The position numbers and the translations under genes were made by a program. The notes beneath the pieces are model-generated. The model did not search any database. It saw only the letters and a program-made list of their open reading frames with translations, and was not told where the DNA came from. DNA of 64,000 bases, taken from Desulfomonilia bacterium (GTDB taxonomy: Bacteria > Desulfobacterota > Desulfomonilia > UBA1062). Every line of letters starts with the position of its first letter. The stretch's first letter is position 1. Shown here in pieces: positions 38,130-47,692 of this stretch. Where the stretch lies: the NCBI GenBank assembly GCA_963664325.2, contig CAXXDQ010000007.1, forward strand, positions 800,001 to 864,000, in the 5' to 3' direction.

Positions 38130-38420
38130 ATGAAAAAAACAAAAACTAAACCATGGGATGCAGCAGAGCACCTTGAGACTGAAGAAGATATGGCAGCATA
38201 TTTAGAGGCTGCCCTTGAAGATGGTGATCCTGCGCTTGTTGCAGCCGCCATCGGGGATATAGCCCGAGCGCGGGGAATGGCTCAGATCGCTAGAGATTCA
38301 GGACTCGGAAGAGAAAGCCTTTACAAAGCGCTATCTCCTGAAGGTAATCCCGAATTTGCCACAATTCTAAAAGTTGTTCATGCACTCGGCCTTAAGCTGC
38401 ATGCAACACCTGCGAATTGA
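38130..38420 (+). CDS. HTH antitoxin (addiction module antidote, HI1420-like)
   Basis: WDAAEHL...AYLEAALE...IARARGMAQIARDSGLGRESLYKALSPEGNPEF. Confidence 0.92.
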   Translation: MKKTKTKPWDAAEHLETEEDMAAYLEAALEDGDPALVAAAIGDIARARGMAQIARDSGLGRESLYKALSPEGNPEFATILKVVHALGLKLHATPAN

Positions 38421-38587
38421 AAATTAATGGGAGGCATAATTAACGCTTTACTGTATAATCATTAAATATCAAATCAAGCAAAGCCAAGAAGGGGGAATTC
38501 ATGATAGCTCCCGGGATTTAAAAGGCTGATTTCTGATTTTATTTTATACTGTGGCAGAATAATGAATTGTTAGACTCTAAGGTAAAT

Positions 38588-40123
38588 ATGAAGCAAAATA
38601 CCACACCTGATTTTCATCAAATAATTGAAGAATACACCGATGAGCTTGGTTTGCTACGACAGAACCGTCTGCAAGATGAAGGTGGTTTCATTAGATTCTC
38701 TTCAGAACGAGGTATTTCAGTATGGGGTATTATAACAGGCGATCCCGGTGATTTTTATAGACGAAGGTGGCTTTCTAGTGATGGCACGAATTACAATGGT
38801 GGCCCCTTATTTCACCCTTTCAGGATGTACACACTTTTCAAAATACTTGAAGCCTGTAAACTTAATATTGCAACATCCTCAACTATTAATAGGGATTCTT
38901 TGATTGGACTTATTGAATGTGCACTATCATTAATGCAAAATGTAGAACAAATTGGCGAAATGACAAGTCAATGGGATCAGGTAGTTAACCTCGCAATCCT
39001 GCTGGAGCCAATCTATTGGCCTAAAATTACTGGTCATCTATCAATATCAGGAATAATGAATGAAGAAAATTTCAAGAAACATCGTGAATGTTATCGTGAT
39101 AAAATAAGGCAGTTGGTAGTTTCTTTAAATTCAACAGATTGGCGCAAGATTCACGAGTCTTTACGTTTTGATGCTGCTAATATTGATGATAACGGAAGCT
39201 TATATCTCTTGCTTCGTCTTTCAAGCTGGAGCCAACGTGAGAGGTTGAAAGGACATATTGCAGGGGCTCTCTGGTTTAGACATATGGCAGAAGTAATCAG
39301 ACGAGCTTTTGAAGATTTCACTTCTGAAAAGTGGGAAGAAGAAGACCAAGCCTATGGAATGTGGTCCCATGGTGTTCGAACTAATATATACGGTTCCGAA
39401 AGACCTCTTGATGATGAATTGCATAGCAGGCCTTATATAGCGTTGTACCACAGACTTTTCACTGGCAGTGTTATTCGTTGGTATGTTGAAGGGGATACAG
39501 AATATTATGCGATACTAAAGATTCTTCCCGAGCTATCAAAAATAGGTGTTGAATTGGTGAATCTACATGGAAACATAGCGACCTCAAAGCAAAATGTGGC
39601 ACTGAAACTAAGAGATTGTCTAAAAGAAGATAAAGCATTGAGACGTTTTAGCATGATTTCCTTTGATACTGATGTTGCTGCAAATGTTAAATTGGTTAAG
39701 CGCCAAATTAAGCAGAAAAACATTATAGGTTTCATTGCTGCTCATAAACCCGATTTTGAGTTTTCAAATTTCACAATCTATGAACTTTCAGATATTGCCG
39801 CAAAAATCTATGAAACAGGTGGTTTCTCTGGCAAAGTGATACGCAATGCAAATTGGTCAGGTGTGGATTGCAGTCGTATTTTCGAGGAAAGATATAAGAA
39901 ATTTTCAGCTAAGCATCCCCAGAGCCTCAAAGGCAAAGAATGGGGTGAAGCATTAGCATCGTATGCTCTTGAACATCCACATCGAGAAGACGATGGAAGT
40001 GAGCGCCCCTTTTGGCGAGAGATTCGAGTTGCTTTACAGTCTAGAGTAGCCAATTATGATTTCCAAAAAGACCACTATGAATTCAACCCTGTCACTTTTG
40101 AATTAATTAAGTCTAATACTTAG
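38588..40123 (+). CDS. AT-rich hypothetical protein with an OLD-like TOPRIM motif set in its C-terminal half
   Basis: WYVEGDTEY, then VELVNLHG, then ISFDTD and DFEFSNF; AT-rich codon usage unlike the neighbours. ORF track start is 38567 (TTG). Confidence 0.6.
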   Translation: MKQNTTPDFHQIIEEYTDELGLLRQNRLQDEGGFIRFSSERGISVWGIITGDPGDFYRRRWLSSDGTNYNGGPLFHPFRMYTLFKILEACKLNIATSSTINRDSLIGLIECALSLMQNVEQIGEMTSQWDQVVNLAILLEPIYWPKITGHLSISGIMNEENFKKHRECYRDKIRQLVVSLNSTDWRKIHESLRFDAANIDDNGSLYLLLRLSSWSQRERLKGHIAGALWFRHMAEVIRRAFEDFTSEKWEEEDQAYGMWSHGVRTNIYGSERPLDDELHSRPYIALYHRLFTGSVIRWYVEGDTEYYAILKILPELSKIGVELVNLHGNIATSKQNVALKLRDCLKEDKALRRFSMISFDTDVAANVKLVKRQIKQKNIIGFIAAHKPDFEFSNFTIYELSDIAAKIYETGGFSGKVIRNANWSGVDCSRIFEERYKKFSAKHPQSLKGKEWGEALASYALEHPHREDDGSERPFWREIRVALQSRVANYDFQKDHYEFNPVTFELIKSNT

Positions 40124-40326
40124 TTATAATATTTTGTAGAATACAACTAAATCAGTTATTGATAGTTGAAAAACCTGTAAAGATAAAAAGATAAATAATT
40201 GCCAAAAAATTCAATTCCACAGTTGATTATCTAACCTGTTAACATATAACATACAGGGCGGTAGAATAAGGCAGACCGCGAAGCGACTAAGGTCGGAAGT
40301 TAGGAAAACACATATGACACAAACCA

Positions 40327-40522
40327 TTCCATTTAGCATTCAAGATGATGCCGAGGCGGCAAGGAGGAAGCGACGCAGGTGTACTTTTGACGTACTCCGA
40401 GGAGCATTCCGACGCAGCCAACAAATTTTCGCTTCACGAAAATTGACGCACCAAAGGTACGCCCGGAGGGTGAGGGCCGTCAATGGCCCGAATCAAAGGC
40501 AGGGCTTGAATGATAAATGGAA
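40327..40522. mobile_element. About 200-bp MITE-like element
   Basis: Terminal inverted repeats TTCCATTTAGCATTCAAG (40327-40344) and CTTGAATGATAAATGGAA (40505-40522) match at 17/18; internal hairpin AATTTTCG...CGAAAATT; no convincing coding capacity. Confidence 0.6.
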
Positions 40523-40537
40523 GTAAAGGAGGATATT

Positions 40538-41059
40538 ATGAGCATAGAAGCTAATTTACAGGCCCTCGAAAAGGCCCTGCAGCTGGAAATCGACGGCATG
40601 GCATTCTACAGGAAGGCTTCAAACGCGGCGCAGAACACGGTCACCAAAGAAATGTTCGCCTACCTTGCCGATGCCGAGGTGACCCACATGGACAGGATCA
40701 AGCATATAAGCGAATCGCTCAATATGACCGGCAACTGGTCCAGGACCGAGCATGACAAGGCGCATGCCGGGATAAAAGAGATTTTCAGTAGACTGGCCAG
40801 AGAAAACAAGGACAGCCTTGTGCCCGCAGCCGCAGAAATGCAGGCGCTCGAAACCGGCCTTGACCTTGAAGTGAAGTCCATAGACTTTTACACTATCCAG
40901 CTCGGAAAAGCTGGCGACGCAAATGAAAAGGCCTTTTATTCGAGCCTGATTGAAGAAGAGGAATCGCATTTCAGGACGCTCAAAGACATGAAGTTTTATC
41001 TCGAACAGCCGGACGCCTGGTTTATTGAGCATGAGAGGCATGGGCTGGACGGCGCCTGA
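40538..41059 (+). CDS. Ferritin-like/rubrerythrin-family di-iron protein
   Basis: ALQLEIDGMAFY...LADAEVTH and LEVKSIDFY...LIEEEESH duplicated motifs; AGGAGG RBS. Confidence 0.85.
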   Translation: MSIEANLQALEKALQLEIDGMAFYRKASNAAQNTVTKEMFAYLADAEVTHMDRIKHISESLNMTGNWSRTEHDKAHAGIKEIFSRLARENKDSLVPAAAEMQALETGLDLEVKSIDFYTIQLGKAGDANEKAFYSSLIEEEESHFRTLKDMKFYLEQPDAWFIEHERHGLDGA

Positions 41060-41409
41060 TACAGGGCGTAATAACTTCACATCCCTTTGCCGCTTCTTTG
41101 GCTCAACATTGCGGCATATGAACAAGCTGTTGAGCTTTTAAACAGGACCTTTACAGCCTTTGATCCTGCCTATCAGCTTTTCGGTTCATCATCTTGTCAG
41201 TTAAGAGGCATGCTCGCGTCCCTTCCCTGCCACGGCCTTTGCTGCTTCATCCTGACTGGAAACCTGGATAGAAAAAGAAATGCCGGCGGTAGCAAAAAAA
41301 CGATTTATGTTTTGGGCTTTATGCTTTAAACAGGAATAAGAAATCAGGCTTTTTAAACTCTCAACTCTCCAATGACCGCTCAGCACTTAATACTTTTTAA
41401 GGAGGATAC

Positions 41410-44055
41410 ATGGCGCTTCTTAACCTGAAATCGCTAATCGGAAAATTGAACCCAGCCTGCCGCACTGCCCTTGAAACGGCTGCCGGGCTTTGCATGTCAA
41501 AGACCAACTATGAGATCGAGGTCGAGCATTTCATGCTCAAGCTCATCGACGCCCAGAACACCGACCTGCACAAGATATTGAGATATTTCGAGATCAACGT
41601 CGACCGTTTCTCAACCGATCTTACGCGGACTATAGAAGGCTTCAAAACAGGCAATGCCCGCACGCCGGTTTTTTCCCCGCGCATACCGGCCATGATAGAG
41701 GACGCATGGATGGTTGCATCGATTGATTATGAGGCCGACGCCGTACGCTCCGGCCACATCATTATTGCCATGCTGGGAGACGACCAGAGCGCGCGCATGC
41801 TCTATTCCACATCGGAGGCGCTCAAGAAGATATCCCTTGAAACACTGGAAAAAAGCCTGCTCGACATAGTTGCCGGCTCGGCTGAAGACGCAGGGCCTGC
41901 GGCTTCAAAGGGCGTTCAGCCATCAGGCAGGGACTCGGCAGAGGCCAGGCCCGCCGGAACAAAGGCGCTCGATATGTTCACCATCAACCTTACGGAGCAG
42001 GCCAGGGCCGGAAGGATCGACCCCGTGCTCGGCCGCGATATGGAAGTAAGGCAGATGATAGACATCCTTATCCGCCGCCGCCAGAACAACCCTATCCTTA
42101 CCGGCGAGGCGGGCGTCGGCAAAACAGCCGTCGTCGAGGGCTTTGCTCTCAAAATAGCCGAGGGCGATGTCCCGCCTGCATTAAGGGATGTGGAAATCCG
42201 CACGCTGGACCTGGGGCTGCTTCAGGCCGGGGCCGGCGTCAAGGGCGAGTTCGAGAACAGGCTCAAAGAGGTCATCAAGGAGGTCAAGGCCTCCCCGAAG
42301 CCGGTAATCCTTTTCATCGACGAGGCGCACACGCTGATCGGCGCGGGAGGCTCCGCAGGCTCGGGGGATGCCGCAAACCTGCTCAAGCCTGCGCTGGCGC
42401 GCGGCGAATTGAGGACGATAGCTGCGACGACCTGGGCGGAGTACAAGAAATATTTTGAAAAGGACGCCGCCCTCACGAGGCGCTTCCAGGTGGTGAAGAT
42501 AGAGGAGCCCGACGAGCCCAAGGCCGTTGTCATGATGCGCGGAATAGCGCCCTTCCTTGAGAAGCACCACAAGGTCATGATCACCGACGAGGCGCTGAAG
42601 GATACCGTAAGCCTGACGCACCGCTATCTCTCGGGCCGCCAGCTTCCCGACAAGGCGGTAAGCGTGCTCGATACCGCATGCGCCCGCGTGGCCATCGGCC
42701 TGACAACAAGCCCCGGGCCTGTCGAGGAGGCTTCACGCAGGATAACCCAGATGGATGGTGAACTGAAAATCCTGGAAAAAGAGTCGCTCATGGGAAAGGA
42801 CCACAGCGCCAGGGTCGAATCCCTCATTAAGGAAAAGGAAGAGGTAACGAAGAAGCTCGGGGCCCTGGACAGGAAATGGAAGACCGAGCTTGAGCTTGCA
42901 AATAAAATAATTGAGGTCATGGCCGCGATAAAGGAACTGCACGAGGCCGACCCGAAGAGCAAGGATATCGCAAAAAAGCAGAAGGAGCTCAAAGACCTTG
43001 AAAAGCAGCTGGCCAAAGTGCAGGCCGGGGATGCCCTGATACAGGTGGCGGTCGATTCCCAGACCATATCCGAGGTCATATCGGGCTGGACCGGCATCCC
43101 GGTCGGCAAGATGATGACCGATGAGATCGAGACTGTCCTGAAGATGCCGGCACTGCTCGGTGAGCGCATCATCGGTCAGGACCATGCTCTATCCGCAATC
43201 GGACAGATGATCCAGACCGCCCATGCAGGAATCGAGGACCCGTCGAAGCCGACAGCGGTGTTCATGTTCGTCGGCCCCTCCGGAGTCGGCAAGACCGAGA
43301 CCGCGCTTGCCCTGTCCGAGCTGCTTTACGGCGGCGAGGACAACGTCATCACCATAAACATGAGCGAGTATCAGGAGGCGCATACCGTATCCAGCCTCAA
43401 GGGTTCGCCCCCGGGCTATGTGGGCTACGGCGAGGGAGGCGTGCTGACCGAGGCGGTGAGGCGCAGACCGTACAGCGTTGTGCTGCTCGATGAAGTGGAA
43501 AAGGCGCACCCCGACGTCATGGAGATGTTCTACCAGGTCTTCGACAAGGGGCAGATGGAGGACGGCGAAGGCCGTTTGATAGATTTCAAGAACACGGTCA
43601 TTATCCTGACCTCGAACATCGGGACCGACCTTATAATGAAGGTGAGCCAGGACGAGGAGACCAGGCCCGAACCCCCGGCGCTGGCCGAGATGATAAGGCC
43701 CGAACTGCTCAAGCACTTCAAGCCTGCATTTCTGGGGCGCATGAAGATAGTGCCCTACTACCCGATAACCGACAGGATGATGAAGGCGATAATAAGGCTG
43801 AAGCTGAACAAGGTGGCAAAGCGTCTCAAGGAAAACCGCAAGGTGGATTTCGTGTTCGGCGACGAGATAATCGATGCGATAGCCTCCCGCTGCACCGAGG
43901 TGGACAGCGGCGCGCGCAACGCGGACCATATCCTGACCAATACCCTGCTGCCGGAGATATCCAGGGAGATCCTCGCCCGCATGGCCACCGGCGAGCAGAT
44001 AAAGCAGGTAAAGGTCCTGATAAAGGGCGAAGGATTCGGGTTCGAGATAAAATAG
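41410..44055 (+). CDS. tssH: T6SS AAA+ ATPase ClpV/TssH
   Basis: N-terminal LKSLIGKLN...ALETAAGLC; RRRQNNPILTGEAGVGKT, LLQAGAGVKGEFE, GPSGVGKTET and EAHTVSSLKGSPPGYVGYGEGGVLT, all typical of ClpV. Confidence 0.93.
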   Translation: MALLNLKSLIGKLNPACRTALETAAGLCMSKTNYEIEVEHFMLKLIDAQNTDLHKILRYFEINVDRFSTDLTRTIEGFKTGNARTPVFSPRIPAMIEDAWMVASIDYEADAVRSGHIIIAMLGDDQSARMLYSTSEALKKISLETLEKSLLDIVAGSAEDAGPAASKGVQPSGRDSAEARPAGTKALDMFTINLTEQARAGRIDPVLGRDMEVRQMIDILIRRRQNNPILTGEAGVGKTAVVEGFALKIAEGDVPPALRDVEIRTLDLGLLQAGAGVKGEFENRLKEVIKEVKASPKPVILFIDEAHTLIGAGGSAGSGDAANLLKPALARGELRTIAATTWAEYKKYFEKDAALTRRFQVVKIEEPDEPKAVVMMRGIAPFLEKHHKVMITDEALKDTVSLTHRYLSGRQLPDKAVSVLDTACARVAIGLTTSPGPVEEASRRITQMDGELKILEKESLMGKDHSARVESLIKEKEEVTKKLGALDRKWKTELELANKIIEVMAAIKELHEADPKSKDIAKKQKELKDLEKQLAKVQAGDALIQVAVDSQTISEVISGWTGIPVGKMMTDEIETVLKMPALLGERIIGQDHALSAIGQMIQTAHAGIEDPSKPTAVFMFVGPSGVGKTETALALSELLYGGEDNVITINMSEYQEAHTVSSLKGSPPGYVGYGEGGVLTEAVRRRPYSVVLLDEVEKAHPDVMEMFYQVFDKGQMEDGEGRLIDFKNTVIILTSNIGTDLIMKVSQDEETRPEPPALAEMIRPELLKHFKPAFLGRMKIVPYYPITDRMMKAIIRLKLNKVAKRLKENRKVDFVFGDEIIDAIASRCTEVDSGARNADHILTNTLLPEISREILARMATGEQIKQVKVLIKGEGFGFEIK

Positions 44056-44121
44056 CCGATAAGCCGCCGAACTGTTTAGAACTCCTGCTGTTTCAGGAGC
44101 ATGAGGCTGGTGGTCAACATA

Positions 44122-45318
44122 TTATTCTCCGTCCCATCCGGCCAGTCTGGCGAACATCCACCATGCGGCATAAGCCTTCAGGTTGGCGTTCAGAGGCTGG
44201 GAATGGGCTGAACCGCAGTAATACCAGTCAACACCTTCTGTGTGCGATTTCTGCCAGTCCAGCGCCCAGTTGTGATCTTTACCGGTCGGCAGCGGGGGTT
44301 CATCAGAACTTTGCGATGTTACCCCGTCATTGTCATAATCATAATTGCAGGCACCTGTCACATGTCTGTCGCCATAGTAATTCCAATCGGGATCATAGCT
44401 TTCAATATCTGCAAAATCATATAGTATCTTGGAATTGGCAATGCAGTAATCACGTATCTGTTTGTTTCTTATAAACAGGTTTCCGGAAAGTCCCGTACCG
44501 TCGGTATGCCCTGTCATATAAACAAATTTTACACCCGGAAAATCAGATTCAAGCTGCGACATGAGATTAAGATAAGTGTTTATGTCGGATTCCGTCGAGG
44601 TAGAGACCTGACCGCACCATGCCCACATTATAACATTAACACCGGTATTGTTTCTGAGGTATTCCCTTGTTGCGGCCGCCCAGGATGTCCTGTCAGGATT
44701 CCCGAGGTCATACCCGCTCGCTATCGCCTCGTCCCTCAGGTCCAGTGCGCCACCCGTACCCCCTTCATTATATGAATACAAAGAACCTTTAAACCCCGGA
44801 AGAGAGTACATGCCCGTCACTATCTGGCTCCCGTGCGACGTGTGCCCGTATGCTATGTGCAGACTGCCCTTCGCCTGGCTTATCCATTGTTCCGGAATCA
44901 ATTCTAGCTTCGCACATCTGTGGTCGATGATGAAATCTGAAGAAGCGGGGTTGGCAGCCCACATTGCAAACAGCGCCACATTGGCTTCTCCCATCAGGAA
45001 AACCCGCCCCGGCTCATAGCAATCTCCGTTTCCATCCGCCTTTGTACACCATCGCCTAAAGCTATATCCTGTTTTAACCAGATTGCCAGTATTGCCAAGC
45101 ACAGTTACACTCTGCCCCTGTTCATAGCCCGTCATATCCACAGGTGCACTGCCGCCCGTATTGCCGTTGCCGTCATAGGTCACCGAAAACCCGGCTGAAT
45201 AGGAGATTATTGATTCGCTGCCGCTGCCGCCTCCCCCGCCGCCGCAATTTATGAAAAGCGCAAGAACGGCGAGAAACGTTACCGTCGATATGATCCTCAA
45301 AACATGTACTTTGTTCAT
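44122..45318 (-). CDS. Lipoprotein with InlB B-repeat (Listeria-Bacteroides repeat) and a C-terminal SGNH-like domain
   Basis: Lipobox LFINC followed by a Gly run; VTYDGNGNTGGSAP...LVKTGYSF..W.TKADG...LFAMW; AYGHTSHGSQ and LYDFADIESYDP. Confidence 0.65.
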   Translation of the reverse strand: MNKVHVLRIISTVTFLAVLALFINCGGGGGGSGSESIISYSAGFSVTYDGNGNTGGSAPVDMTGYEQGQSVTVLGNTGNLVKTGYSFRRWCTKADGNGDCYEPGRVFLMGEANVALFAMWAANPASSDFIIDHRCAKLELIPEQWISQAKGSLHIAYGHTSHGSQIVTGMYSLPGFKGSLYSYNEGGTGGALDLRDEAIASGYDLGNPDRTSWAAATREYLRNNTGVNVIMWAWCGQVSTSTESDINTYLNLMSQLESDFPGVKFVYMTGHTDGTGLSGNLFIRNKQIRDYCIANSKILYDFADIESYDPDWNYYGDRHVTGACNYDYDNDGVTSQSSDEPPLPTGKDHNWALDWQKSHTEGVDWYYCGSAHSQPLNANLKAYAAWWMFARLAGWDGE

Positions 45319-45633
45319 GTGCCGCTCCACTTTTATACCAACGGGTTCAAGCATCCAAAGATACTCTAAAGGATGCCCTGCTCTGTTCAATAATTGTGCA
45401 TATCCTGATAATGGTAAAACATATAATAATAAAATTTCAACATTAATGCTATAAGATGTATGATTGACATCATATGATTTACTCCTGTTACAAGCATAAA
45501 AGCTTCCTTGTTCGGCTCAACCTTTTCCGCCGAATTGACGATACGAATCTTGCATAATTGAATGACGATGCAAATGGCTGGAATGTTGAGGACAATTTTA
45601 TGCATCCCGGGAATACAATCAAATTAAGGAAAG

Positions 45634-47607
45634 GTGTTCAGATTGGGCATAGCATCAGATATTGCAATAATAATAGTGGCCGCTTTGATCGGCGGCGTGA
45701 TCGCTCAGAAGCTTAAGCAGCCGCTCATATTGGGCTACATCCTTGCCGGCATTGCCGTCGGGCCTTATACCGGCGGGGTTACGGTGTCAGACGTAGACAA
45801 TATCGAACTGCTTTCTGACATAGGTGTGGCCCTGCTGCTGTTTGCTCTGGGCCTTGAATTCTCCTTCAAGGAACTGAAGCCGGTCAGAAAGGTTGCACTT
45901 CTCGGAACGCCGCTGCAGATGATCCTTACAATCGTCTACGGATTCGGCATGGCAAAGATAATGGGCTGGGACAATGTATCGTCCCTGTGGGCGGGCGCCG
46001 TGCTTTCGCTTTCGAGCACCATGGTGATGCTTAAGACCCTTATGAACAGAGGGCTTTTCGGCACTCTTTCCAGCAGGGTCATGATAGGCATGCTGATAGT
46101 CCAGGACCTGGCGGTAATTCCTCTGATGATAATTCTGCCGCAGCTAAGCGGTGCGTCACTCGATATATCTTCGATCGGCCTTTCCATATTGAAAGCCCTG
46201 GTGTTCCTGGGGCTGATGATATTTGTCGGGACGAAGCTCATTCCGAAGCTGATGTCGTGGATAGTAAAATGGAATTCGCGTGAGCTGTTCCTGCTCTCGG
46301 TAACAGCGACAGGCCTCGGCGTGGGTTACGGAACATACCTTTTCGGACTGTCGTTCTCTTTCGGCGCGTTTGCTGCCGGCCTTGTGCTGAGCGAATCGGA
46401 ATACAGCCACCAGGCCTTGAGTGATATCATACCTCTGAGGGATATATTCGGTCTGATATTCTTCGTATCCGTAGGCATGCTGATAGACCCGAAGATTTTC
46501 ATCAACAACTACAAAGAGATCATCATTGTTATTCTGCTTGTCATCATCGGTAAAGGACTTATATTCGGCTCTGTCGTAAGCCTGTTCGGTTATGGCAATA
46601 TCATCCCGATAGCAGTGGGATTGGGATTATTCCAGATAGGAGAATTTGCATTCGTTCTCGCCGGCGTAGGGCAGGACGCAGGTTTTTTGAGCGACAGGCA
46701 TTATGACACCATGCTTGCCGTGACCGTTGCCACAATGATACTTACCCCTTTCGTCTCAGGGTTTACAGCACCGCTCTACAGGCTGAAAAAGAAATATTTC
46801 AGGCATGAGGTTCTGAGAACAGTCAATATTGAAAATGATAAACTGAAAGACCATGTCGTGATCGCCGGGGCGGGAAGGACCGGGACATATGTTTCACAGG
46901 TGCTGAAGGCGCTGGACATTACTTTCGTTATTATTGAGATAGATTCGAGGCATTACGAGAGCTTCAAGCAGTCAGGCATACAGATGGTCTTCGGTGATGC
47001 AAGCCAGTCAGTCGTGCTGAAGGCGGCAGGGATTGAAAACGCCCGGTTGCTTATTATCACCACACCTCAAATGGCTATAACCAGAATAGTGTCCGAGCAG
47101 GCCAGAAGCCTTAACGCCAATATCCATATTGTCGCAAGGGCCGAAGGCATTGACGATATGAATCTGCTCTGCAACCTCGGCGTAAACGAAATCATCCAGC
47201 CCGAACTCGAGGCCGGCCTTGAGATCACCCGCCAGGCGCTTATTTCACTCAGGATACCACCGGCCAAGATAATGAAATATACGGATGAGGTGAGAAAAGG
47301 CCTTTATTCACCCGTGTGCTATGTGAGTTCTGATCACCAGACCCTCCTTCATCTTAAGAACGCAACCAGCCACCTTGAACTCGAATGGATAGAGATTCCC
47401 GAACACAGCATATTGAACGGCAAGAGCATTTCCGATCTTGACATCAGAAACAGGGCCGGTGTTACGGTGGTCGGCATAGACCGTATGAATGAGGTGATAC
47501 CGAATCCGGGGGGCTATTTCATTTTTCTCCCCGGAGACAGAGTCGGAATCATGGGCGGACCTGAACAGATCGACAAGTTCAAGCAACTGGCCTCGGAGCA
47601 TGCATGA
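45634..47607 (+). CDS. CPA2 cation:proton antiporter with TrkA-N and TrkA-C domains (KefC/YbaL-like)
   Basis: [31 protein letters not shown] and QIGEFAF; GAGRTG Rossmann motif; RCK-C tail. Confidence 0.92.
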   Translation: MFRLGIASDIAIIIVAALIGGVIAQKLKQPLILGYILAGIAVGPYTGGVTVSDVDNIELLSDIGVALLLFALGLEFSFKELKPVRKVALLGTPLQMILTIVYGFGMAKIMGWDNVSSLWAGAVLSLSSTMVMLKTLMNRGLFGTLSSRVMIGMLIVQDLAVIPLMIILPQLSGASLDISSIGLSILKALVFLGLMIFVGTKLIPKLMSWIVKWNSRELFLLSVTATGLGVGYGTYLFGLSFSFGAFAAGLVLSESEYSHQALSDIIPLRDIFGLIFFVSVGMLIDPKIFINNYKEIIIVILLVIIGKGLIFGSVVSLFGYGNIIPIAVGLGLFQIGEFAFVLAGVGQDAGFLSDRHYDTMLAVTVATMILTPFVSGFTAPLYRLKKKYFRHEVLRTVNIENDKLKDHVVIAGAGRTGTYVSQVLKALDITFVIIEIDSRHYESFKQSGIQMVFGDASQSVVLKAAGIENARLLIITTPQMAITRIVSEQARSLNANIHIVARAEGIDDMNLLCNLGVNEIIQPELEAGLEITRQALISLRIPPAKIMKYTDEVRKGLYSPVCYVSSDHQTLLHLKNATSHLELEWIEIPEHSILNGKSISDLDIRNRAGVTVVGIDRMNEVIPNPGGYFIFLPGDRVGIMGGPEQIDKFKQLASEHA

Positions 47608-47692
47608 CTGTGCGGGTTCATGCAGCCAAAGCGTCCTTTGGGCAGGTTAACAGGAGCAATCCAACATGGTTTGCGAAAGGAGATATCCGGAT

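Noticed and set aside
42181-43988. Several long antisense ORFs inside clpV, and similar ones opposite ade, vgrG and the DUF2169 gene
   Set aside because: Shadow ORFs caused by codon bias on the coding strand; they contain no recognisable motifs.
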